IMG/VR virus record: IMGVR_UViG_3300029713_000154
Reading direction: 5' to 3' (one strand)
Source: a virus
Taxonomy: Duplodnaviria; Heunggongvirae; Uroviricota; Caudoviricetes
Length of the DNA stretch: 18,404 nucleotides
Positions 1 to 8,280 of this stretch are shown in pieces (position 1 is the stretch's first letter; each line of letters starts with the position of its first letter). The notes under the pieces were generated by a model, which saw only the letters and a program-made list of their open reading frames with translations, searched no databases and was not told the DNA's origin. Position numbers and translations under genes: made by a program.

Positions 1-539
1 GGAGTGCCATGATGGTGCCCTCAGTGAGCCAGAGAGTTCAGTGTACGGGAATTCGTTTGCGAGCAGAACTGATAATATCCCTTTGTTCTCTTCTTAAATA
101 TTTATCTTTCTTGATAATTTACGATAAATACAGATACAAATTTAGCGAAAAGTTTTCCCCCTACAAACAACAGTAATTCATTAACTCTTTATTTTTCATT
201 TGGTTAAAAATTTTTCTCAATTTTGGCACGCTTCTCGCAATAACACTTTTGCGTTGATACTGAATTTCAAAGGGGGTTAATCCCCCGTCGGCACACCAGG
301 AACGGCCAGGCTGTTTTCCGGGCGTGTTCCGTCAGCCTTTGACGCCAATTATGGGTTCGATTCCCACATTCATTCCTGAAATGAATACTGGTTGTAACTT
401 ATTAAATAAAAAGTGAGGGATTGCGCAGTCAGCGATCCCCGATAACGTCGCCGATAAAGACGCCGGGTAACAGGCAAAAGGGAATTCCCCTGTCGCTTCG
501 TGTCTGCTTCCGCGACGGCTGTTAAGCAAGGAATAGATA

Positions 540-1667
540 ATGATTAAGAAAATAAACGTAAGAAAAGATCAGCTGGCATTACTCTCCAGAAATGGCGATT
601 ACTACAAAGTGCTGCATGCAGGCGAGCATATTTTACCCTGGTTAAATACGCCGGAAGTGTTGCTGATTACTCTGGATGGCAGCGAAGTTCCCGACGTGCT
701 GGCGGATTATTTGCGCCGCTTTCAGCCTGATTGGGTGGAAAGATATTGCCTGGTGGCAGACATGTCGGAAACTGAAGCCGGGGCGTTGTATATGGACGGT
801 ATTTTGCTTGAGATCCTGCCGCCATCAACGCGCCGTTTATACTGGCGTGTAGAGGATGATTTGACGCTGGTGCGGATGAACACGCAGCAAGTCCAGGTAC
901 AAACGGAGGTGATGAATGCGGTATTGCAACCACGGCGCAAAGGGGCAGTTAAAGGCCGCGATGCAATACTAACGGTGCAAGTTCCGGCCTGGCACGTAGG
1001 CGTGCTGAAAATCGATGGTGAAACGCAGGCGCTGTTACCGCCGGGGCTGACCGCATACTGGAAAATAAATCATCTGGTTGAGGCTGAAGTTGTCGACACC
1101 CGCTTGCAGGTACTGGAAGTCAGCGGGCAAGAAATCTTAACGAAAGATAAGGTCAATCTGCGGATTAATCTCGCCGCTAACTGGCGCTACAGCGACGTGT
1201 TGCTGGCATTTAGTCAGTTAACGAAGCCGATTGATCATTTGTATCGGGAATTACAATTTGCCCTGCGTGAAGCGGTAGGTACGCGTACGCTGGATGAACT
1301 GCTGGAAGATAAACAGGTCATTGATGACGTTGTCAGCGAACAGGTGAAATCGCGCATGTTGCCATTTGGTATGGAGATTGCCTCATTAGGGGTGAAAGAT
1401 ATCGTCCTGCCTGGTGATATGAAAAATATCCTCGCGCAGCTGGTTGAGGCAGAGAAATCTGCGCAGGCGAATGTGATTCGCCGACGTGAAGAAACGGCAG
1501 CGACGCGCTCGTTACTGAACACCGCCAAAGTCATGGAGAACAATCCGGTAGCGTTGCGTTTAAAAGAGCTGGAAACGCTGGAGAGAGTGGCTGAGCGGAT
1601 CGATAACATCTCTGTATTTGGCGGTCTGGATCAGGTTCTGCATGGGTTGGTTAATATCAAAGGGTGA
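540..1667 (+). CDS. SPFH/band-7 (stomatin/prohibitin-like) domain protein with an extra ~140-aa N-terminal domain; no obvious transmembrane segment
   Basis: 375-aa ORF. Residues ~190-330 carry a band-7-like signature (GMEIASLGVKDIVLPGDMKNILAQ, EAEKSAQANVIRRREE). The stop at 1665-1667 lies within a few nt of the next gene start. Confidence 0.6.
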   Translation: MIKKINVRKDQLALLSRNGDYYKVLHAGEHILPWLNTPEVLLITLDGSEVPDVLADYLRRFQPDWVERYCLVADMSETEAGALYMDGILLEILPPSTRRLYWRVEDDLTLVRMNTQQVQVQTEVMNAVLQPRRKGAVKGRDAILTVQVPAWHVGVLKIDGETQALLPPGLTAYWKINHLVEAEVVDTRLQVLEVSGQEILTKDKVNLRINLAANWRYSDVLLAFSQLTKPIDHLYRELQFALREAVGTRTLDELLEDKQVIDDVVSEQVKSRMLPFGMEIASLGVKDIVLPGDMKNILAQLVEAEKSAQANVIRRREETAATRSLLNTAKVMENNPVALRLKELETLERVAERIDNISVFGGLDQVLHGLVNIKG

Positions 1668-1672
1668 GTAAC

Positions 1673-2464
1673 ATGCCATTAAATGGAGTCAGTGCTGCGA
1701 TGCGCGAAAGGGTATCGCAGCAGTTAAAAGAAATTGAACGGCGGTATGATGTGAAAGTATTGTACGCCTGTGAATCAGGGAGTCGCGGTTGGGGATTTGC
1801 CTCGCCCGACAGCGACTACGATGTACGGTTTTTGTATGTTCACCCGCTGGAATGGTATCTGCGAGTAGAGTCACCGCGCGATGTTATCGAGCTGCCCATC
1901 GATGACGAGTTAGATGTTTCCGGTTGGGAGTGGCGTAAGGCGCTGGGATTATTGAAAGGCGCGAACCCGACGCTGATAGAATGGCTGGATTCTCCGGTGG
2001 TCTATCAACAAGATGAAGAAACGATAACGGCGCTTAAGGCAATGGTCCCAACGTGGTTTTCTCCGCTGCGTGCGCGCTGGCATTACTATTCGATGGCGCA
2101 GAAAAACTTCCGCGGATATTTGCAGGGCGATGAAGTTCGACTGAAAAAATACTTTTACGTGCTGCGCCCGCTGCTGGCCGTTCGTTGGGTTGAAGCGGGA
2201 AAAGGTGTACCGCCAATGCGTTTTTCCGAATTGCTGGCGGGAAGTGAGTTGGATGCGGCATTACGCGCAGAAATAGATGAATTGCTGGAGCGTAAACAGC
2301 GTGCGGGTGAAGCGGAATATGGACTGCGCCGTCCTTTGTTACATGCGTTTATTCGTGCGGAACTGGCGCGCGGGGAAATTCCTCCGCTGTTACCAGACAG
2401 CCGGGAAGGGGACGTTAAAGAACTGGATAGTTTACTGTACCAGACGGTAATGCGCCGGGCGTGA
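1673..2464 (+). CDS. Pol-beta superfamily nucleotidyltransferase (ANT/minimal-NTase-like N-terminal domain plus helical C-terminal domain)
   Basis: Motif ESGSRGWGFASPDSDYDV fits the hG[GS]x(9-13)Dh[DE] NTase signature. The ORF track starts it at GTG 1664 (overlapping the upstream stop); ATG 1673 with GGTGA about 7 nt upstream is the more likely start. Forms an operon with the SPFH gene. Confidence 0.55.
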   Translation: MPLNGVSAAMRERVSQQLKEIERRYDVKVLYACESGSRGWGFASPDSDYDVRFLYVHPLEWYLRVESPRDVIELPIDDELDVSGWEWRKALGLLKGANPTLIEWLDSPVVYQQDEETITALKAMVPTWFSPLRARWHYYSMAQKNFRGYLQGDEVRLKKYFYVLRPLLAVRWVEAGKGVPPMRFSELLAGSELDAALRAEIDELLERKQRAGEAEYGLRRPLLHAFIRAELARGEIPPLLPDSREGDVKELDSLLYQTVMRRA

Positions 2465-2480
2465 AGCCCGGCGTTATTTT
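2453..2480 (+). terminator. Rho-independent terminator of the SPFH-NTase operon
   Basis: Stem 2453-2460 CGCCGGGC / 2466-2473 GCCCGGCG with loop GTGAA, followed by TTATTTT. The TGA stop of the NTase gene lies in the hairpin, and the stop of the convergent minus-strand gene overlaps the T-tract. Confidence 0.6.
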
Positions 2481-2934
2481 ACGGCTGATATTGCCAGCTA
2501 CTGACTAAAGCGTACAAGTGGTTTGGGGAATAGCGCCAACTCTCCTTTAATTGCAGAAATTCGGCACAAAATTCGCTGCAAAACAGGCGTTCACGCTGTT
2601 CTTTATTACCGGTAATAATTCCAAGCGCGCCGCGCCAATCATATTTTTTGCCATCATGTTTATGGAAAAACGCTTCCACGTCCTGAAGGCTGGCCTGGAG
2701 CGGCAGCATATCCCACTTATCCGCTGGCAATGGCATTATCTTTCCGCGTACACCGCGATCGCGCAGTGATGCAGAGTAACAAAGGTAACTCTTTTCACCA
2801 TGCTTAACGGCTAATTCACAGTGGGAATAACTACCGCGCGTGATTTTACGGGTAAGCCAGTCAGCCAGTCGGGCAATACCACGGTGCTCTGTTCGGCCCT
2901 TATAACAAGCGAGCCAGACAGTGGTTTTACTCAT
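2479..2934 (-). CDS. Hypothetical 151-aa protein; possible permuted papain-fold (YiiX/YaeF-like, NlpC/P60 superfamily) enzyme; last gene of the tail operon
   Basis: Start ATG overlaps the TGA stop of the fibre assembly gene (ATGA at 2931-2934). His-before-Cys arrangement (YSHCEL ... LFCSEFCAEFL) recalls the permuted papain-like family. Assignment is from memory only. Confidence 0.4.
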   Translation of the reverse strand: MSKTTVWLACYKGRTEHRGIARLADWLTRKITRGSYSHCELAVKHGEKSYLCYSASLRDRGVRGKIMPLPADKWDMLPLQASLQDVEAFFHKHDGKKYDWRGALGIITGNKEQRERLFCSEFCAEFLQLKESWRYSPNHLYALVSSWQYQP

Positions 2935-3545
2935 GCTTGCCAGCCTGTTGAATAATCGTAGTCGAGCACCGCCTGAATATCGTCCAGAGCTTCCACCGCC
3001 GCGATATGGTGCTGGGCATTGGCGAACAGGCGCATATCGTGATCCATTGTTACCGATTCAAACTGGGCGGCGATCTCGTTGGTTAACTCGATCAGACCGT
3101 TATTTTTAGTTTTCCACATTAACCCTGGAGGGATTTTTTTCTCCGCTCCCATTTTTGTGAGTGAGAGCTGTTGGATACGGCTGTTTGTATCACTGTGGAA
3201 GTGATGGTTGTTGATGATGATGTAATCGGTTGTGACGTAATCCCGTTTGGATTTTATTCTTCTTATTATATCCGCTTTTATTTCTGAAATAAATTTAAGC
3301 ATTGAATCTGTATCAACTATCCATTCTCCTTTTTTTAGTTTGTGAAATCTATCTGGTGGTGGCGTAGAGATAAAGGATAAATCTTCACAGTTAATCCAAA
3401 TTGGGATATTAGCTTTCGCATATGTCTGCCATTGCTGATCAGTTATTTCAACTAAATGTTCTACTTTAGGATAGTTGTAGTGTTCTGTATCGATCCAGTC
3501 CAGAACGATAAATGTTTCAGGATCAAAACAAGCATATTTTGTCAT
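2931..3545 (-). CDS. Tail fibre assembly (chaperone) protein, Mu U / P2 gpG-like
   Basis: 204-aa ORF immediately downstream of the fibre gene. The N-terminal half is encoded in low-GC DNA contiguous with the fibre tip; the C-terminal half is higher GC. Confidence 0.7.
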   Translation of the reverse strand: MTKYACFDPETFIVLDWIDTEHYNYPKVEHLVEITDQQWQTYAKANIPIWINCEDLSFISTPPPDRFHKLKKGEWIVDTDSMLKFISEIKADIIRRIKSKRDYVTTDYIIINNHHFHSDTNSRIQQLSLTKMGAEKKIPPGLMWKTKNNGLIELTNEIAAQFESVTMDHDMRLFANAQHHIAAVEALDDIQAVLDYDYSTGWQA

Positions 3546-3551
3546 TTTTAA

Positions 3552-5378
3552 TTACCATGATATTTTTACGAAGCCAGAGGCACCTTTTGTTCCGCTAGTA
3601 TTGCCTAAATTTGTTAACTCATTATTTTTATATTGAAAAGGAGGTAAATAAGATCCCCCAGCTCCTCCAGAACCATAACCTGTTGCTGCTGTTGGCTTTG
3701 CCATTACTGCTTTTTTTCCACCATTACTTAGGTTTTCTGTAATAACAGTACCTGAAGCCCCTCCCTTTCCATATATAGAATTTTCACCATTCTTTCCAGG
3801 ATAAAATTCTGCAGATGACGGTATTGCATTTGGTGGAGTACCTTTAGGATCGTCACTGAATTTTATATAAGGCTGCGTAGTGTTAGAGTGATAAATGTTA
3901 TATCCTCCATGGCCACCTTTTGCAGTTAGATTAGAAAACGAAGAGTCTCCACCATCAAAGCTTTTTTGTGTTGTCTCTGTTTTATCATACGAATACTTTA
4001 TTTGTGAAACAGGTGGATTGTTCCAAAAAGGACCTCCATTACCTCCAGCTCCGATCTTTACTGAAAAATGCTGGCCTGGTGCCACGTTTAAGTAATCAAC
4101 AATCAATTCTCCTGCATTACCTCCGCAGGCTTCATAATGTGATGATTGTGCTCCTCCGGCCCCCCCACCTCCGCCGCCCATAATTTCCACAAATAATATT
4201 GTTACGCCCTCAGGAACTATAAATGTTCCATTTGTAGTATAAAAACTAGTGTGGGTATGATTAGCTGGAGCTGCAGTTTTTGCCTTATCCATTGCCGCCT
4301 TCACCGCGCTCGGTGTCGCCGCCTCCGTCGTACTGTTGCTATCCGTCGCGTTATTAAGCTTCACAATCCCTTTTTGCGACAGGGTGCCGTCTGGAACACC
4401 CGTAATCTGTCCCCATGGGTGAGTATGGTTTCCCGCAGCCTTACTATTCGCCAGGTCATATGCCGCCTTCACCGCGCTCGGTGTCGCCGCCTCCGTCGTA
4501 CTGTTGCTATTGGTCGCGTTATTAAGTTTCACAATCCCTTTTTGTGTCAGGGTACCGTCAGGAATACTCGTAATCTGCCCCCAGGGGTGCGTATGACTAC
4601 CCGCAGCCTTACTATTCGCCAGGTCATACGCCGCCTTCACTGCGCTCGGTGTCGCCGCCTCCGTCGTACTGTTGCTGTCTGTCGCGTTATTAAGCTTCAC
4701 AATCCCTTTTTGTGTCAGCGTACCATCTGGTATATCAGTAATCTGACTCCAGGTATGACGATGATTTCGAGCCTCAATCATTGCCGCTTTCACCGCTTTT
4801 GGCGTAGCCGCTTTGGTTTCGTCATCACTGTCAGTGGCGTTACTCAACTGTGTAAAGCCTTTTTGCGTTAACGTAGCATCAGGATGATTAGTCGAACGCT
4901 CATGTTCATCCAGTTGTGAATCAACATAATCCCGTGTTGCCAGTACAATACTGGGGTCAACGGTGAGTGTTACCGCAGTCGTGTTGGAAACTTCCATAAT
5001 CAGGCGAATGCAAACTTGCTTACCGCTGCCGCCGGGTAATAGTGGTTTATACGACTCCGGGAATTTACCGATAGCAATGAGTTCACCATCGGTATCAAAA
5101 ACGCCGACTTCACGTACATACCAGCCGCCGATATTTTCGGGCAGCACGAGTTCCGCAATTAACCAGTTAGGGTTATTGGGTGCAACTGTTAATGTATTTA
5201 AATCACCGCGCCATACTTCATGGCGTAATTTAGTTTGGCTGACGGTGGGTTCATAATATTGTCCTCCGCTGTCACCAACAGCCATTTTTTGTAGATGAAG
5301 CTGTTTTTTATCCGCCAGAGCATTGGCAATTTTTGCCATTCCCCTGTCGGTGAGTAGAGTATAAAACTCATTGTCCAT
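3552..5378 (-). CDS. Tail fibre protein (Mu S / P2 gpH-like) with internal ~56-aa repeats and a glycine-rich C-terminal receptor-binding region
   Basis: 608 aa. Repeated TLTQKGIVKLNNATDSNSTTEAATPSAVKAA units; C-terminal GGGGGGAGG and GAGGNGG stretches. ATG at 5378 with GGAG upstream; position between gpI and the fibre assembly gene. Confidence 0.85.
   Translation of the reverse strand: MDNEFYTLLTDRGMAKIANALADKKQLHLQKMAVGDSGGQYYEPTVSQTKLRHEVWRGDLNTLTVAPNNPNWLIAELVLPENIGGWYVREVGVFDTDGELIAIGKFPESYKPLLPGGSGKQVCIRLIMEVSNTTAVTLTVDPSIVLATRDYVDSQLDEHERSTNHPDATLTQKGFTQLSNATDSDDETKAATPKAVKAAMIEARNHRHTWSQITDIPDGTLTQKGIVKLNNATDSNSTTEAATPSAVKAAYDLANSKAAGSHTHPWGQITSIPDGTLTQKGIVKLNNATNSNSTTEAATPSAVKAAYDLANSKAAGNHTHPWGQITGVPDGTLSQKGIVKLNNATDSNSTTEAATPSAVKAAMDKAKTAAPANHTHTSFYTTNGTFIVPEGVTILFVEIMGGGGGGAGGAQSSHYEACGGNAGELIVDYLNVAPGQHFSVKIGAGGNGGPFWNNPPVSQIKYSYDKTETTQKSFDGGDSSFSNLTAKGGHGGYNIYHSNTTQPYIKFSDDPKGTPPNAIPSSAEFYPGKNGENSIYGKGGASGTVITENLSNGGKKAVMAKPTAATGYGSGGAGGSYLPPFQYKNNELTNLGNTSGTKGASGFVKISW
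4293..4900. repeat. Tandem in-frame 168-bp repeats (3 near-identical copies plus a divergent fourth) inside the tail fibre gene
   Basis: Copies begin at 4293, 4461 and 4629 (TGCCGCCTTCACCGCGCTCGGTGTCGCC...), with a degenerate copy from about 4797. Period 168 bp = 56 codons. Confidence 0.8.
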
Positions 5379-5380
5379 AA

Positions 5381-6013
5381 TTACTCCGGGTAAATAGATG
5401 TAATTTCAAGGCTCCATTGCCCTGTTCCGTAATAAATCGATGTGTTGTGCTGTACTTCCCGTATCTGGAAAGGTAAAACCGTCGTCAGTTCACCACCATA
5501 AAGTGCACAGCCAATAACAGGAATAGCACTTTGGTTAATGATCCAGACGATTAATGCTTCCAGTTTTGAACGTGTGTTTTTATATTCATGAATGAGTTCT
5601 ACCAAATCATTGAAAAGGTTTTCATCCAGGCCTTTATCCACCAGCGCTATATCCACCTTAAAAAAATAAGCCCTTCCCCCATATTCAAACCATTCTGAAA
5701 TAGTTCCTGGTAATGAGAGTATTTCCAGCACCCGCCGCACCGCCCAAATTGTTCCTTTATATTTATGCAGTTCAATGGCTTGTTTAATTAACTCGCGTTT
5801 CTCCCGCTCATCGGTGGTAAATAACCAACCTTCCAGCCCCTGAACGTGAAATTGTTCTGCAAGGGCTGGTAATGCCGAAGCATCAACCTGGTCGATCAGA
5901 TAAACCATCAACGCCGTCAGATCGAGTTGGGCAAAACGCTCGGCGGCGATATTTGCCAGAATCGAAAAACGCTCATCGCTGGCAAGCGGCGGCGGTGGCA
6001 GCAATTTATCCAT
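5381..6013 (-). CDS. Baseplate/tail protein gpI-like
   Basis: Track ORF 5381..6028 starts at TTG. ATG at 6013 (MDKLLPPP...) with GGAG upstream is the likelier start. Sits between the gpJ-like gene and the fibre gene. Confidence 0.75.
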   Translation of the reverse strand: MDKLLPPPPLASDERFSILANIAAERFAQLDLTALMVYLIDQVDASALPALAEQFHVQGLEGWLFTTDEREKRELIKQAIELHKYKGTIWAVRRVLEILSLPGTISEWFEYGGRAYFFKVDIALVDKGLDENLFNDLVELIHEYKNTRSKLEALIVWIINQSAIPVIGCALYGGELTTVLPFQIREVQHNTSIYYGTGQWSLEITSIYPE

Positions 6014-7121
6014 CGCTGACTCCGGCAATCGTGACGTCTATTGCGGTGCATTCCGCCCACTCATGCGCCTGCAAAATACGTTTTGTAGGCATATTCAGCG
6101 CAACGTCATAGACGCCATCGACCTGTAACACTTTGATTATCTGGTTTGGCACAATGTCCTGCCCCAGATGTTTCTGCCGCTGTTGCGTCCAGAGGCTAAT
6201 CGCTTTACGCGCTGCAGCCAGCGTTGTCTCCTGATCGGCGGTGGTAAACAGCGTTAGCTGCGCACGGATCTCATATGGCACTCGAAGAGCGCATTTCGCA
6301 CTCACTTTGTCGGTCAGCGGACGTTTTTTCTCCTTGCTAACCTCCTGTTCAATTTGCGCGAGCAGTTCTATTCCCGGCAGTCCGTTCAGAGTTAGCGGGT
6401 AGATCTCCACGCAGCCTTCTGGCAATCCCTCGTCCGGCCCCAGTACTGCAACGTCAATAATCGACTGGCTAACAGAAAGCGTATGAAAGCGGTAGGCACC
6501 ATAGCTGCCCGCATTACTAAAGCTTTCTGGTGCCAGTTGGATACGCTGGCGCAATGCGTCATCGCTCTCTTCACCGCAGCCGCCCGTTGACGCAGTCAGG
6601 TTGGTTACGTTGATGTCATAATGACCAATCCTGTCGACCAGTGCGCTAATTTGTGCAGGCTGCCAGCCGTTACCCTGTTCACCTGCTGCGAGGCTGGTGG
6701 CAGGAACGGCGATATGCAAACTCCTGGCCGGAAGCAGAACATCTTCATCGGTGGCGAACATCACGCTATCAGAGGCACTGGCCCGCGTTCCCTGGGGAAT
6801 CAGGATATTGCTGGTATACGCGCTGACGACCGAAAACTGCAACGTCGTTTTTGCCGGCTGCGCAGGCAAACGGTGAACGCCCACCAACTCCCCTAAATAA
6901 TCCAGCATTGGCGCGCGGGAATACGCGACCAGGTTCTGTTTCGCCGCTTCCTGAATGGCGATGCGTACAAGGTTTTCACGATAGGCAAACAGGTCGATGA
7001 GCAACCGCTCAGCCTGTGCCGGATAGAGTTTTTTACCGCTGGCATCTTCGTATTGCGCAATCATCTCACTGGTAATTTGCGCAGGATCGCGGTCAATAAA
7101 ATTGGGTTCGGCTATCGCCAT
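6006..7121 (-). CDS. Baseplate assembly protein gpJ-like (baseplate wedge)
   Basis: 371 aa. ATG at 7121 with GGAGGTG SD; overlaps the gpW-like gene by 10 nt. Synteny W-J-I-fibre. Confidence 0.8.
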   Translation of the reverse strand: MAIAEPNFIDRDPAQITSEMIAQYEDASGKKLYPAQAERLLIDLFAYRENLVRIAIQEAAKQNLVAYSRAPMLDYLGELVGVHRLPAQPAKTTLQFSVVSAYTSNILIPQGTRASASDSVMFATDEDVLLPARSLHIAVPATSLAAGEQGNGWQPAQISALVDRIGHYDINVTNLTASTGGCGEESDDALRQRIQLAPESFSNAGSYGAYRFHTLSVSQSIIDVAVLGPDEGLPEGCVEIYPLTLNGLPGIELLAQIEQEVSKEKKRPLTDKVSAKCALRVPYEIRAQLTLFTTADQETTLAAARKAISLWTQQRQKHLGQDIVPNQIIKVLQVDGVYDVALNMPTKRILQAHEWAECTAIDVTIAGVSDG

Positions 7122-7471
7122 AACACCTCCGTTGAGTTGATAACGCCGTCAGCGGCGCGCCATTGCACACGTAACGTCAGATGTTCGCCGTCGATTACTG
7201 GTGTCACCTTCAGCAACCGACAGCGCGGCTCCCACTGGCGGATGGCTTCCACCGACTCCCGTACCACATGCGGAATTGCCCGCTCGATGGGGTAATCGAT
7301 GTAGTGCCACAAGTTGCTGCCAAACAGCGGTCTGTGGGGATCACTGCCGCGCGGTGTGCGCAGAATGATGTGTATTGCCTGGTGAATATCATCCAGTCCG
7401 CAGACGTATTCTTCAGGCCGCTGCAAGGCCGGTTGCCAGTGCAGCGTTGAGGGTCGTGTTTTTGTGTTCAT
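7112..7471 (-). CDS. Baseplate protein gpW / gp25-like
   Basis: 119-aa ORF of typical gpW size, positioned between the spike and gpJ genes. Weak SD. Confidence 0.8.
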   Translation of the reverse strand: MNTKTRPSTLHWQPALQRPEEYVCGLDDIHQAIHIILRTPRGSDPHRPLFGSNLWHYIDYPIERAIPHVVRESVEAIRQWEPRCRLLKVTPVIDGEHLTLRVQWRAADGVINSTEVLWR

Positions 7472-7534
7472 GAGGGTATTTTCGCCCTGAACGGGCTGTG
7501 GCGATATTAAAGCGATTTAGAAAACTGATTGATT

Positions 7535-7564
7535 AAAAAGAGAAAACCCGCCATCAGGCGGGTT
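7535..7564 (-). terminator. Intrinsic-terminator-like hairpin between the gpV and gpW genes (minus-strand sense)
   Basis: Stem 7545-7552 AACCCGCC / 7557-7564 GGCGGGTT, loop ATCA. On the minus strand it is followed by UUCUCUUUUU, immediately after the gpV stop at 7570-7572. Confidence 0.4.
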
Positions 7565-7569
7565 AAACG

Positions 7570-8271
7570 TCAGTGTGTATGGTGGTTGGAGTTGCCACCG
7601 CTGTCCTGCAATGCGCCGCTGGCCTGAACGTTGCCGATCACGTTGACATTGCCAGTTATCGTGGCGGCGTTACCGATGCCTCCACTTCCTGCCATCCCGC
7701 CAAGCCAGGTGAGTTTTTTCATTACCGTGACATTGCCAGTAAAGGTGCTCATGGGCGCATCTACCGTCACTGCTGCCGCTTTAACATCGACCTTAGTGGC
7801 GTCGATGCTGACATCGGTCGCTTTAATATCGACGGTATCGGAAGTCACGGTGACCTGTTGGGCTTTAATCTCAACGTTGGGTGATGTCAGGCGGGTACTG
7901 TCGATAACCTCAATCACGATTTTCTCGATACCGCCGTTAATCGTCAGCTGGTGGGTGCTGCGGTCATATTCAAACGCTGCGCCATCAGAAAACTGGACGT
8001 AACGTTTATCGCGCGAGGCCACAGGCGCGGTGTCAACCGTAGAATAAACTGCGCCCAGCACCACGCCATCTTCACCGTTATTGTCCAGCAGAACTTCCAC
8101 TTGCTCGCCCATATCCGGTAGCCAGTAGTCTTTATTGTCCTGGGAATTGCGTTGAAGTACCGCAAGCCAGTTGCTCTTCAGATTGTCACACTCCGGAAGC
8201 GTGACTCGCACCCGAACGCTGGTTTCGTCAATATCGCTGATAATCCCCGTTTGACGGGTTACTCCTTTCAT
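7570..8271 (-). CDS. Baseplate central spike protein gpV-like
   Basis: 233 aa. N-terminal OB-fold-like region and a C-terminal repetitive beta-helix-like segment (VTVTSDTVDIKATDVSIDATKVDVKAAAVTVDA), Gly-rich tip. Strong SD AAGGAGG. Confidence 0.85.
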   Translation of the reverse strand: MKGVTRQTGIISDIDETSVRVRVTLPECDNLKSNWLAVLQRNSQDNKDYWLPDMGEQVEVLLDNNGEDGVVLGAVYSTVDTAPVASRDKRYVQFSDGAAFEYDRSTHQLTINGGIEKIVIEVIDSTRLTSPNVEIKAQQVTVTSDTVDIKATDVSIDATKVDVKAAAVTVDAPMSTFTGNVTVMKKLTWLGGMAGSGGIGNAATITGNVNVIGNVQASGALQDSGGNSNHHTH

Positions 8272-8280
8272 ATTTCCTCC

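Noticed and set aside
272-286. GGGGGTTAATCCCCC palindrome as a terminator or operator
   Set aside because: Only a 5-bp stem with a weak T-run on one side; not enough to call.
332-529. 65-aa minus-strand ORF upstream of the SPFH gene
   Set aside because: It occupies the leader region of the plus-strand operon, has no clear ribosome binding site and is more likely non-coding.
4251-4871. Plus-strand 206-aa ORF with repeated RRLRRTVA motifs
   Set aside because: It is the antisense reading of the 168-bp tandem repeats in the fibre gene; the repeats generate the open frame artefactually.
4293-4900. CRISPR array
   Set aside because: The repeats are 168-bp in-frame coding units without spacer structure, inside the fibre gene; no cas genes are present.
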